DNA of 64,000 nt, from assembly GCA_030167865.1 (NCBI GenBank), contig JALAGF010002086.1:1-64000 (forward strand), read 5' to 3'. This document shows positions 31,489 to 42,456 of the stretch, piece after piece. The stretch comes from Craspedostauros australis. Its lineage: Eukaryota. Each line of letters starts with the position of its first letter. The first letter of the stretch is position 1. Both the position numbers and the translations under genes were made by a program. The notes under the pieces were generated by a model. The model searched no databases. It had not been told where the DNA came from and saw nothing but the letters and a program-made list of their open reading frames with translations.

Positions 31489-32804
31489 ATGGACGACGTC
31501 TCCACGAGGTATAGCATGAGCTCAGTTGCCGTGGCTCCGCGCAAGACCCGGGCCGTTGCCCACCCCGTGGGAGTGCATCGAACCTTGGATTCCTCCCAGA
31601 TCAAGGGAAGGGCTCTGCGCAGCCAGTCCTTGTCCGGCAACGATGTGTCCACTGCTGTCCTGGCTTCGAAGCTAAATCATGGCGATTCCGCATGGCTATC
31701 ATCGCCGACCCGCTTGCGAGCGCATCTGCCGCCCGCAACCGTATCCAAGGCTCCGTCTCCAGCACCAGAGAACCTGCCTTCCTCGTCCGTCCTACCACGT
31801 ACCAGCAGGCCCACCACTGCGAAGGCAAGCACCAAGTCTAGAAGATCGAGGTCGCATTCGGGAGGAGAGCTCCTGGCGCAACGTCGCAAGTTGCTGGCGC
31901 ACAACGAGTTCAAGAAGCAATGGGCCAGCGATCTCTCCGTCCTCCAGGCCAAGGCGCAGACGATGTCAGCTCTCAAGGAGAATGACGGCATGGTCTACCT
32001 AGAAGGTCCGAATGTCTACTCGTGCGCCCACTGCCGCACACATTTCACCAGCCATGATGAGATCATCTCAAAAAGCTTCCATGGTCGACACGGTAAGTTC
32101 GGCGCATCGCTCTCTCTCTCTCTCTCTCTCTCTGGCTATCTTCTTTCTGCCAGGCACCAGGAAGACCTGATGAAATCCTCGACCAGAGACAAGCCTGTTG
32201 CCACCCTCGCATCTCAAGTGCAGCAGCAGGCTCTGGTAACTGACGAGGCGCTTCGTGAACCTTGCCTCACATTGCATCGTCTTCCTCCTCTCTGTTCCTC
32301 TCGGTTTCTTCACCTCACAATGAAATTCGTATGATACACTGCTGCCACTATGGCACTGCATTCGCAATCGATTTGAATCTTTCATCAACGTGATATCTAC
32401 CGTCACCCGCCACCGTCGTCCTCATCTCCCCTCCTCCAGGGCGAGCATTCTTATTCGAATCTTGCGTCAACGTGGACATTGGCGAGCCTGAGAACCGCAC
32501 CCTGATCACCGGTCTCCATAGCGTCTGCGATATCAATTGCTCGCGATGTAAACAGCTGGTTGGCTGGACGTACGCGAAGGCGTACGCGGCGAGCCAGAAG
32601 TACAAGGAAGGGAAGTTCATTATCGAGAAGATCAACTTGCACGTCGAGGGGAATCGGCAGTACAAGGTGGCAGCTCCGGCAGGTGCCTGGTCGCAGGTGC
32701 ACTGGACGCAACAGCAACAACGCCAACGCCCACAACAACAGCCTTTCGCAGGCCACAGTTCTGGCTTCCGTTCAAGTTGGTTGCGAGACACTGAAGGCTT
32801 CTAA
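31489..32804 (+). CDS. Yippee-like (YPEL/Moh1) zinc-binding protein with an N-terminal extension, 2 exons
   Basis: Exons 31489-32092 and 32440-32804: YSCAHCRTH..IISKSFHG RHG|RAFLF..TGLHSVCDINCSRC..GWTY..QKYKEGKFIIE. Confidence 0.92.
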
Positions 32805-33884
32805 AGAGAGAAGATGAGAGATTCGGAGCTCGATGAAGGATCTCTCCTGCCCTGCTTGTCGTGGGATGGAATGGATTAGAGTACCCTCACGCAGCGCAGC
32901 CGTCGCTACGATCAGATCAAGGTCGACAGCGACGCGAAGGATGGTATCGACGCGAAAGTATGATCTTTGGAGCAGCCCTCTGCTCAACTCCGATTTCGCC
33001 CCATGTTCCGTCGGTGGTAACGTCTACGCCTTGTCGAAAAGGCCCACGATGGTGACACGATCCGGCCACTCACTCGAAAACAGAGCGAAGTCCCATCCGC
33101 ATGCAAGGCTTCCAAGATCCTCCGACCTCGATCGCCCGACCGTCAGCTGCGACTCTCTACCATACGCGCACCTTCTATTCTAAGACAAGCATTGTGGAGG
33201 GGTCATCCGTACGTGGAAGTGCTCCCCCAAGCAACACTCCCCTGTCAATGAAAGCTCGTCCTCACACAGGGGCGGCTTAATGCAACAGCAAACCTCGTCC
33301 GTCCCCCCAAGTGCGTCAAGTGCGCAGACTTAGTATCGACGACGACGACAAGTGCAGATAATTATGATGATAATGATAACGATGTAAATTTATGAAGTAT
33401 GGACGTATTCCACTCGACCGGTAGGAAAGAGAGAGTCGGGTAGAGCAGAGCAAAGCCGAGTATTGGTTTCCCACCCGAGCGCAATGATTACTACCAATGC
33501 CATGCGTGTGCGTTGAGTCGAGTGAACTAGTGTGATATGAACTATACTGGGTGGCACGTATGCTCTGCTTAAGCTGCTTGAGAGCGATACTGTTGTCTGC
33601 GCTCAGTCCATGTCGTGGTGTGTGATAGATGCGTGCAAATAAAGATGTAAAATGTAATATGCTGCAGCATAGTTGGACTGACATTGAATACTACATACAT
33701 ATGAAGATGCCAGACCGTACCACATCACGTGATGCGATGGATGAATGGGTGATGACAGGGTGAGCTACGCGACGGCAGACACCTGATAGTCATTGATAGG
33801 ACGAGGATGAATGACAACGGCCGCCCTTCGACGTTCGGGGGATGGAGATTTGCCACGAACACCATCACGGTGTCGGGGTTAGCA

Positions 33885-33946
33885 AAACCATCGTCGTCGT
33901 CGTCGTCGTCGCCGTCGTCGCTGTCGTTGCTGTCGTCGTTGTCGCT
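33885..33946. repeat. (GTC/GTT/GCT)n trinucleotide microsatellite
   Basis: catcgtcgtcgtcgtcgtcgtcgccgtcgtcgctgtcgttgctgtcgtcgttgtcgctg. Confidence 0.8.
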
Positions 33947-33970
33947 GTGGACATGCCGATCGTCTCGATT

Positions 33971-34621
33971 CTACGACTGCATATGAAATCGATCTCCAGG
34001 TCTGTTCTCCTTGTACTCCACTTCGATGGACGATGACGACCCCGAGGTCGAGATCGCCAAGGATCGCTGGCTCAAGCCACGTGCAATCCCGTATGGCCAT
34101 TGCAGCTCTTCCTTCTGCGATGCCATGGCCGCCCTCATGAGGGCCAGGCGCTCCATCTCCTGCAGGGTGTTGTCGGACAGCGCCGACACATCGTCGGGCA
34201 GCGCGTCGAACTCCAACGTGGCGGCGTCCTCCATGCGTCGCCGCCTTGGATTGCGCGGTATGTGCAGTCCGGCGCGGTTGCGCGGTGGGTGGTTGGCTCC
34301 CTTGTTGGTGCTACTGCCGCAGGTGGTGGAATGGCCCTCCATGATGTAGCTGGCGATGTCCACGACGCCGCCGCAGGAAGTGACGGTCTGCTGGATGTAG
34401 TTGAGGAAGCTGTTGGACTGGTCGCCTGCATGGCGATGTTTCCGACTGTTGCTGTTCTTGCTCTTGTTCTTGTTGCGATCTTCGTCGCCTTGGTCATAAT
34501 CGTGATCGAGGATGTAGTCATCCTCCTCCTCTTCGTCGTATATCGTGACATCGTCCATCCTGTCGATCATGGATTCCAGCCTCCTGTGAGGGCGTGGTTG
34601 ACGGGCGGATTGGGACTGCAT
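33971..34621 (-). CDS. Hypothetical low-complexity protein
   Basis: 216-aa ATG ORF with GC-rich coding-like codon usage, an acidic N-terminus and a PDDVSALSDNTLQEM segment. No family recognised. Confidence 0.55.
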   Translation of the reverse strand: MQSQSARQPRPHRRLESMIDRMDDVTIYDEEEEDDYILDHDYDQGDEDRNKNKSKNSNSRKHRHAGDQSNSFLNYIQQTVTSCGGVVDIASYIMEGHSTTCGSSTNKGANHPPRNRAGLHIPRNPRRRRMEDAATLEFDALPDDVSALSDNTLQEMERLALMRAAMASQKEELQWPYGIARGLSQRSLAISTSGSSSSIEVEYKENRPGDRFHMQS

Positions 34622-36710
34622 GTTGTCGGTGGTCTGTTACCTTGCTATCTGCTATCTGTTGACTGCTATCTATAGGCTGTAGTCAGTTGTCTGCAGTCAG
34701 TTGTCTGGTGATGACTGTGATGGAAGTAGGATGCTCGATCCAAAGCCAAGCTCTTTGAAATGTGAGACCTTGTGATGAGCAGCTTCGTCAAGCTGAGGTT
34801 TTCACGCTCAACAATGCGATACTATGCACAATGCGATGTGCACAATACGATATGCACAATGGCAATGCTGGAGCTGCAACTTATAATAGGATGCTTCCAA
34901 TGGATATGATTTCAAATCAACCCAAGGACTGAGGAATTCTCCTGAAGATGGTCAACGGCACAGCAGGTTGCTGTCTCCGCTTGTCTTGTGTTGTGTTGGG
35001 GTTGTCTGGATGGCCGCGCTTCCCTGCTTACTGTCTACGAGTGTGGTCCGTAAGAATGAATGCCGCCAATGAGGTTGCTGTTGTCTCTGTCTTTGTCTTT
35101 GTCTTTGTCTTCGTGTCGATGCTCACTCTTTGTGCTCTTTGTGATGTCCACTCTTTGCTTTCATCGATGCCTTCGCCGCCTCTACTCGTATCTTTGTCTC
35201 TCTTTGTTGCTATATTTCGCACGGCGTCTCACACTATGTGCGTCTTCGGATTATTCGCAAATGTGGCAGCCTCCGATAGTCGAGATTGTTGGGGAATGTT
35301 GTTGTTACAGCAGCTAATCGCAGAGAATCGCACAAGTGTGTGTCGCATTGCGCCGCTTCTTACCATTGCCTCGTGCCGAATTCCTCCACAATTTCCTCGT
35401 CACGCAAGGGGCTTTTGTTCGCACCGTTCAACACGACACATCTTCGCTCATTTGTTTCGTTGGGTCGTCCCCACATTCGGGCGCGCACAGGCACATGTGA
35501 GAGGCATCCATCGCCGCACGAATGCCCATACTCTTGGATGTCGTGGCGCCATGGCACTTGTCTCAGAATCGTCGTTGGTGGACATCACACATCCGTCAAC
35601 TCGAATGATCACGTCTGCCCTTTCTGCCCAAAAATCAATGCTCCCAATTTTTCGTTGTCTCTGTACGTCTAAGAAATTAGGAGGTAGTCGTTGGCATGGC
35701 TTGAAAACGTCCATTCATGGGTTTCGAGTCTTGATGTCACACGACTGTGACAAAAAATTGTCAAAAGTAGGTAAACAAGCGTTGCAGATATGATTACATG
35801 CGGCGAGGAAACATGGCGTGACGTGCGTTTGACTCAGCATTTCCATGTGACAGTTGACGACCTGCCGATGCTCATCTTTTCCGTGTTCTGGATCCGAGGT
35901 GAGTCGAAACTGCGACACACCTCGGTTTGAATTCTCGCACATATTTTTGGTGACGAATGCTTCGATGTTCCCACTTCGCAAGACCCTGTCACAAACATCC
36001 ACCAACATCATTGCATGATTTGCATCATCCACAACAAAACACCAACGCATCACTGCAAATCACCTCGAGCAGCACTTCGCCAAAAACGTCTATTACCATT
36101 GTTCGCAAGAGCCAAGGAGCACTAAGATGGCTGATGATCTGCGGGTTGCGTTTCGCCCCAATCGACTGAAATCGCCCACAGCACAGCAGCATCACAAGAA
36201 TCATCCATCTTCGTTCCGCACAACCCAAGTGTCCATCGCCAGCAGCAGCAGCAGCAACAACATCAACAACATCAACAACAGCAACGACAGCAACGACAGC
36301 AGCAGTAACACCGACATCAAACCTCACCCCCACATTTGTCTTCTCTCTTGCCATCATCGCCATCGGCAAATAGCGCCGTCTTGCAGAATAGCATAGCCGT
36401 TGGCTCCAGAATCGACAACAACACCATTGTCATCAGGATCATAGGAACCTGCAACTACATACAGTTGCCAACGCATCAGCAACGGTCAAGACCAGCCAAC
36501 CTGAACGTCTAATCGCACTTTCAACTTCGATCCGGAACAACACCTCCAACTTCGACCTCGGCGTCAATCGCAGGTGTTGGTGTCGACTCGAACAGGACTT
36601 GCTTGAGCAGCGCTCTGACAAGAGGCAACCGTACATACTACGCAACAGTGGCAGCAATGTTGCTGACAATGATGCGACCAGTACAGCATCGATGGTGTCG
36701 AAAATCGCAG

Positions 36711-38383
36711 ATGCTCTGCTCCATGCTATCATGGTTGCTCCTGCTCTTGATGACGACAACGTTCGCGTCGGCAACGTCCGATGCCAAGTTTGCAACCGTC
36801 GATGTCACCATGCAGCTTCTCTCGGTCTCCATCCCAATGGATCAGGACATCTTGCAACGATTCACGCTCGCTTCGCAGCTCTTCTTCGAAAGCCGTGTGG
36901 ATTTCTACCCCGTCTCCGTCCTTGAGTTGCAAACCTCCGTGCTGTCGCAGGAACTTCTCGTCGACACCGACGGTGCCACGGAACACCCACTCGTCGTCGA
37001 TCTGCAGGTCATGATCGAGTACGCCATCGCAGCAGAGGCCGAAGACGATTTCACACAAGATGGCATTCAGCGCAGGGTTAACGATGTCCTCGTCAACGAA
37101 AAATCGGAACTGGTCTCGTTGCTGCACCTCATGGAATCTTCGTCGCCCGACGGGTACTTTGCCACGGTCCAGACCGTCGCGGTGGAGGAATCCACCTTCA
37201 GCGAGGAATCGCAAAACAGCAGCAGCAACAGCGATGGCGACTTCTTTGGTGCCAAGACGGCCATCATCATCATTGCCGTGGTCACGCTTGGGCTCTGCCT
37301 CTCTTTCGCGACCGTCCTTTCGTTGTTGATCAGCTCGTGTTGCAAGAAGTACGTTTTCCCAAATGCATGGCGACGGTTGCCGTCCGAGTTTGCACGCGTG
37401 CGCAACGATTGCAAGTTTACAGCAGATGCAGCGAATGCAGTGAGCACGTTGCACATCCCTGTTGTTCTCACCAGCTCCTTCCATTCCGCCATGCCTCATC
37501 GTTTCTCCCATTCACTTCACTATCGTTACCATCGTCACCATTTTCACAATCATCACATCTCCCTCTTCTCGCTCTACTCTCCTTGCCCATCCACCATCCT
37601 CGCACGCTCAGGGATGACAATAAACGACGAAGAGATCCAACAAAACGAAAGAAGAAAGAGAAAAAGACTACCAAGGTGAACAGCGGCACCAGCACCGACA
37701 AGGCTGCTGCTCGACAGCACCAGATACAGCGCCAGATAGAACGTCAAAACTCCATGTCCGCATCCACGATGTACCACACGGACGTGGAAACGGTAGCATC
37801 GAAGCACAATAAAAACCAAGCCGTCATCCAAAAACGGCTCGCGCTCACATTGCAACGACAGAGATCGCCATCGGCCAAACCGATGGTCGATTATGATGAC
37901 GACGATGGCGAATTGAACGAAAAGCCCAAGGGAGACACAAGCACATCCAGCGATTCCACCGAAAGTCCGCATGGACGCACATGTCGCTGCAAGGAATGCT
38001 TGGTCATTGAACAGCGACGCCAGCAGCAGGAACAGTATGGACAGCGCAATGTCGATCCGCACCTGCCGTTCCGCCTGCCGACCTACATCACGCGATGTCC
38101 GCCGCGCAGTAGTGGAGACAGCGTGAGCACCATGACGATTCCAACAATGACCACGAAGAAGTCGATGGAAGCGGCATTCCGCAGAGCGAGGTCGAAGATC
38201 ATGTTGTCCTTGGCAAAGCCTGATGACGGCGACAATGAATCCGTTGCGTATCCGTGCGATCAGAGTTTGGCAAGCACGGCGCAGGACATGGAAGACTCGT
38301 TTCCAGTCGACGTGGGTGTATTCGATTCAGATGATTTTGGTAGCATTGCAGGTTCCTTGCCGGATGACGCATCATCCAAGTAG
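36711..38383 (+). CDS. Single-pass type I membrane protein of unknown function, 2 exons
   Basis: Signal peptide (MLSWLLLLLMTTTFASA), ~150-aa ectodomain and TM AIIIIAVVTLGLCLSFATVLSLLI. Intron 37349-37611 (GTACGT..CTCAG) joins CCKK|DDNKRRR into a disordered cytosolic tail. Confidence 0.7.
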
Positions 38384-38696
38384 ACTCTGACAGTGGGCAT
38401 GGGGCAAATGGAAGGACACAATCGATCACTTGTTTGTAAATAGTGTACAATAGTCAAGTAGAACGGCGCAAGTACATGAAGTTGACATCGACTTCTCTAC
38501 TCGTACCAGCGACGCTTGCATCATCATAGCACATTGTATCTTGCATATTCAACCTGTCCACGCGTGGTGCTCAATACGACCAATCGATGCTAGAGTATTG
38601 GTTAAGGGTGGTGCGTATGGTGCCACAGCACAGGGCATTGAAGCACACCGTTTCATAGGAGCAATGGCTATGTACTTTGTGAAAAGTAGTGCATGT

Positions 38697-40537
38697 CTAT
38701 GCTTCCGACTCAGTTGCGTCTGTCTTTGAGCCACTGCCATTGGACTTGGTCGCGGTGTTGTCATCGTCAGGGTCATCCGCCTGGCCAAGCATCTTGAAGA
38801 GGGAGGCCTGGATCTCACGCTGTCGATCGTTGGTCATTCCCATCTCGTCCCCGTCGAAACCGTTGTCGTTGGCGCTTGCCGGAACAGCCTCACGCTGCTG
38901 ACTTTGGGCCGGTCGGCTCTGCGCCGCGGATGGGCGCTGCGGTGATCGGATGGAGCGGTTCTGGTACATTTCGAAGTACCATGGCGGGCACATGAGATTC
39001 ATGGTTGGCGGCACCTTGAGCGCCCAGGCGTTGGGGATTTGCAAGCAGGTCTGGAGGAAGATGGAGGCTGAGTCGAACATGAATTTTGGACGCGGCGAGT
39101 TGTGGTCACCCTCCACGATGATGAGGTTTTTGTCGCCCGCGTACTTCTCGTAGATGGTCTCGGAGTGGTGCTTCTTGATGAAGTCGTCGTGCTCTCCGGC
39201 CACGAAGAGCGCGGGGATGAAGCATTTGTCGGAATGGGCGATGGGCGAGATGTGCTTGATGTCGAAGTTGGCCTGCTTCTTGACCGTGCTTCGGATGAGC
39301 CGCAGGGCGACGCTGACGACGAAGGTTGGCACCACGATGCCCTGGTCCCTGCCCTTCTCCACCATCTCCTCGGCGAGCTGCGTGAGGTCGGCGAAGGGCG
39401 AATCGAGAATCATGCACGCGATGCTGGGATCACGATCACCGAACATGAGGGAGGTGGCGGCGCCCATACTTCTGCCCCACAGGGCGATGGTGGAGACGAC
39501 GTTGGTTGCTCTGAGATGCGCGACGACGCACGACAGGTCCTCTCGCTCGTAGTAACCGAGACTGACGTATTCACCGTCGCTCATTCCTGACCCCGCAAAG
39601 TCGAATGCAAACACGGCGAGACCCAGCGAGAGCAGGTAGGACAGCTGCGGCAGCACCTCCACTCTTGCCGACGAGTTTCCGTGCATGTAGATGATGACAG
39701 GGATGCGATCCGTTGCGCGTTCGACAGGTTCCCAGTGAGAGCATTCCAGGTTGAAACCTCGTTTGGTTTGCAGGGTGAAGTCCGTGCGCGTGAAGCGCTT
39801 GCCGCAAAATGTGAACGCTGGTGGACCAAGCATCTCCATCTACTCACGGTGCGATCACGGTGCGATCACGGTGCGAACACGGTGCGATCACGGTTGTTGA
39901 ATTTGTTGGAAGCGAATGCAATAGGGAATGGAATAGAGCATGTAATTGTAGTGACGATGGCGAGAAAATGTCGAAGGGGATGCAACAGGAGGAGAACATA
40001 AACCCAACCAGCCCACGTGAGTAAGGATGGAGCAACGATGGTGCAGACCAGGAGAAATGAGTTGAGTGGTTGCAACCCACAAAAATGAGAGACCGCGTTC
40101 TTGTGTACTTGTGTGCACCATACGAAGCAACGCACCTTGTAATCGGCCCTTGGCGGACGGATGATGGCATTGACCAACTCCTGATACCCCAGACGGGCCA
40201 TCTGGTAGTAGCTGAGCTTCTTCTGCTCCTGCTGCTGTTCCTGCTGCTTCCGTCTCTCCTCGAGCTCCGCCTGAGACGGACGGCGTCCCTTGCCGGACAC
40301 CGGCTCTGAAGACCGGCCGTTGCTGCGCATGACGACCTCCTGACCTTCCTCGTTCTGTTCCCCGTGGTGGTCGTCGTCCGGCGGCTTGGCCATCCTCTCC
40401 TTCGTGTGCTTGGGCTGGCAATTGGGTGCTGCTGTTCCTTGGTTGAGGTGTCGATCAGCCTCCGGGTCTTCCAGGCTCATGTTGTACGCTTCTTCGAGGA
40501 ATTGTTCTTCTTCCTCTTCTGACATTGTGTTTCCCAT
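38697..40537 (-). CDS. Alpha/beta hydrolase (YqkD-like), 2 exons
   Basis: Exons 40537-40136 and 39839-38697: NAIIRPPRADYK|MEMLGP..YMHGNSSAR..FDFAGSGMSDGEYVSLG..WGRSMG (nucleophile Ser)..HDDFI..GDHNSPRP. The MG start may be myristoylated. Confidence 0.9.
39845..39894. repeat. 11-bp tandem repeat (CACGGTGCGAT) x4.5 next to a splice acceptor
   Basis: cacggtgcgat cacggtgcgat cacggtgcgaa cacggtgcgat cacggt. Confidence 0.9.
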
Positions 40538-41368
40538 GGTTGCTCTGGTGTCTGTTCTGGCGCTTGCCGTGATGCTTTGAGGTTGAAATCGGAGATGCGG
40601 CAGCTCGAGACCTGGATTCGAAGCAAACAATGGCGGAACCCGATGGAGACGGATCGATTGGTTGGTTGGGTGCAATGGAGGAGTATTTGTATTGATATTT
40701 GTATTGGTAACGATATTGGTATCGCACTATGAGTAGCTGAGGAGGACGGCTGGTCTTCCTTCTGTGGTCGTCGGAATGGATGAGATGATTCGTGCGTCTG
40801 TGTGTCTGCGCACCATTCGAGTAGAGTGTGCCAGTTGCGCAGAGAGGGGAGGCTTGCCGTCTTTGCCACCTCTCTTGGTTGGTCTTGTTCCTCTGGGTGA
40901 CCCTTGTTCGTTGGGATGTTTTGAATCCTGGGTCTCCGGTGTGTGTGAGTGTGACCTTCCTCTTTCGTGATGTTTCGGTTTTGTGGAGTTTGGCTTGTTT
41001 GATTCTTCCCTTGTGACCCAATGCGATCCGTTACTTTGTTGTGTGTTTTGCGTGTTTGTCCAAAATTCGGCCACGGACTGAGGATGGAGCTGTTTGATCC
41101 GTTCGATCGATAAATTTGAATGTATGTAGACGCTACTTATGCACTGAAACTATATTTAATCCAGTTGGATTACGATGAATGGAACCGAGCAAAATCGATT
41201 CAGCAGAGGGCGAGTGGACTGCACCCGTAGCTCGGGCGGCCCACACTACGAGTGCAGGGCAATGTCCCATACATTCCCAACGCGATGTTCATGACGATGT
41301 CGAAGAAGTGATCTCGCTGTCGGCCTTGCATCTTGCCACGGGTCCGCCTCTGATTTCGCTCCCATCCA

Positions 41369-41911
41369 TCACTTGTCCTCGATCGAGAAATCCCATTGGA
41401 TGCCGCCGCCGGCCTTGTAGTAATCGAGGATTCCCGACCGCCATTGATTGAAGGTCTTGCAATTGGAGTCGGGATACAGCACCACCTGCTCTTCGGAACA
41501 GAACCGTGTGCGCCGAAACTCGACTGGGATGGAGAATTGCCAGATGTTGAACACCAGCGCAATCGCGAGCAGGTACAGCCCTCGTTGCGTTCCCAGCGTG
41601 TCCATGTTGTCGTCGTTCTCATTCTTGTCGTTGGTTTGGCGCAAGAGTGTGGACGATGCTGATGATGGTGCTCTCGCGCTGTTGCAGCCATGGCTGGGCG
41701 ATGCTACGAGTATCCTTGATGCGTATGCTGCATGTTGGGCGTCTCTCGGTGATCTCATGCTGTGCGAGATCCACGATCGCGTCGCGATGGAATTGGCGTT
41801 GATGTTGATGTTGACGTTGGCATTCGATGGAGAGAATGCTCGAGTTGAAGACAAGAGAGCCGCCGCGAGAATGCAGACGATGAACCAACAGTTGTTCCTG
41901 GCACATGTCAT
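41369..41911 (-). CDS. Putative plastid-targeted single-TM protein of unknown function
   Basis: Signal peptide ending in TRA-FSP (ASAFAP-type), Ser/Arg-rich transit peptide, TM LYLLAIALVFNIWQF and a compact Cys/Trp-containing C-terminal domain. Confidence 0.7.
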   Translation of the reverse strand: MTCARNNCWFIVCILAAALLSSTRAFSPSNANVNININANSIATRSWISHSMRSPRDAQHAAYASRILVASPSHGCNSARAPSSASSTLLRQTNDKNENDDNMDTLGTQRGLYLLAIALVFNIWQFSIPVEFRRTRFCSEEQVVLYPDSNCKTFNQWRSGILDYYKAGGGIQWDFSIEDK

Positions 41912-42456
41912 GGTGGCTTTGACGGTGATGGTCTTGGAAGTTGTGAGCAGTGTCTTTCCTTCTTCTTGTGTTGCACGGCAAGGATGTGGTTGATTGTGTT
42001 CTGTGCATTCCTTTCGTTTGTTGTGGGAAAGATTGGCGGTTTGGATTGTAGCTCTTTGCTTAACATGACAGCGAAATTTGACCTAAAAATGATTTCCAAT
42101 TCGACCATTTATGCGTTGTATTCGACAGCTGTATTTGGCACATAGTTGTTATAGTACTACATTTAAAGTACTGGAAACACTACGGCGCGACAAACAAGAG
42201 GCCAAGATCCGAACAAGCGAACTTCTTCGCGAACTTCTTCCCTGTTGGTCGGCGGCGTGTAGTTTCGCCTCCTGCTTTCACGAGCACCACCAACATCAAA
42301 AGCCCTGGAAGTGGAGCGTTTGGCAATGGCCATTCTCTCTCCCTCATCACAACATCGCCTCCCATCGAACAATCGTCGCATCGGTCCCCGGCTTCGTCAC
42401 AAGCAAGCACGCACATCACTCATCCAGAGAATAACGCTTGCGTACCCAATCCAACG

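Noticed and set aside
34948-35793. 281-aa plus-strand ORF
   Set aside because: Built partly from (GTCTTT)n simple repeats, Cys/Arg-rich with no motif; most likely the antisense of a 5' leader.
39845-39894. Possible CRISPR-like or telomeric array
   Set aside because: The units are 11 bp and directly adjacent with no spacers, and are not TTAGGG-like. It is a minisatellite in a eukaryotic intron.
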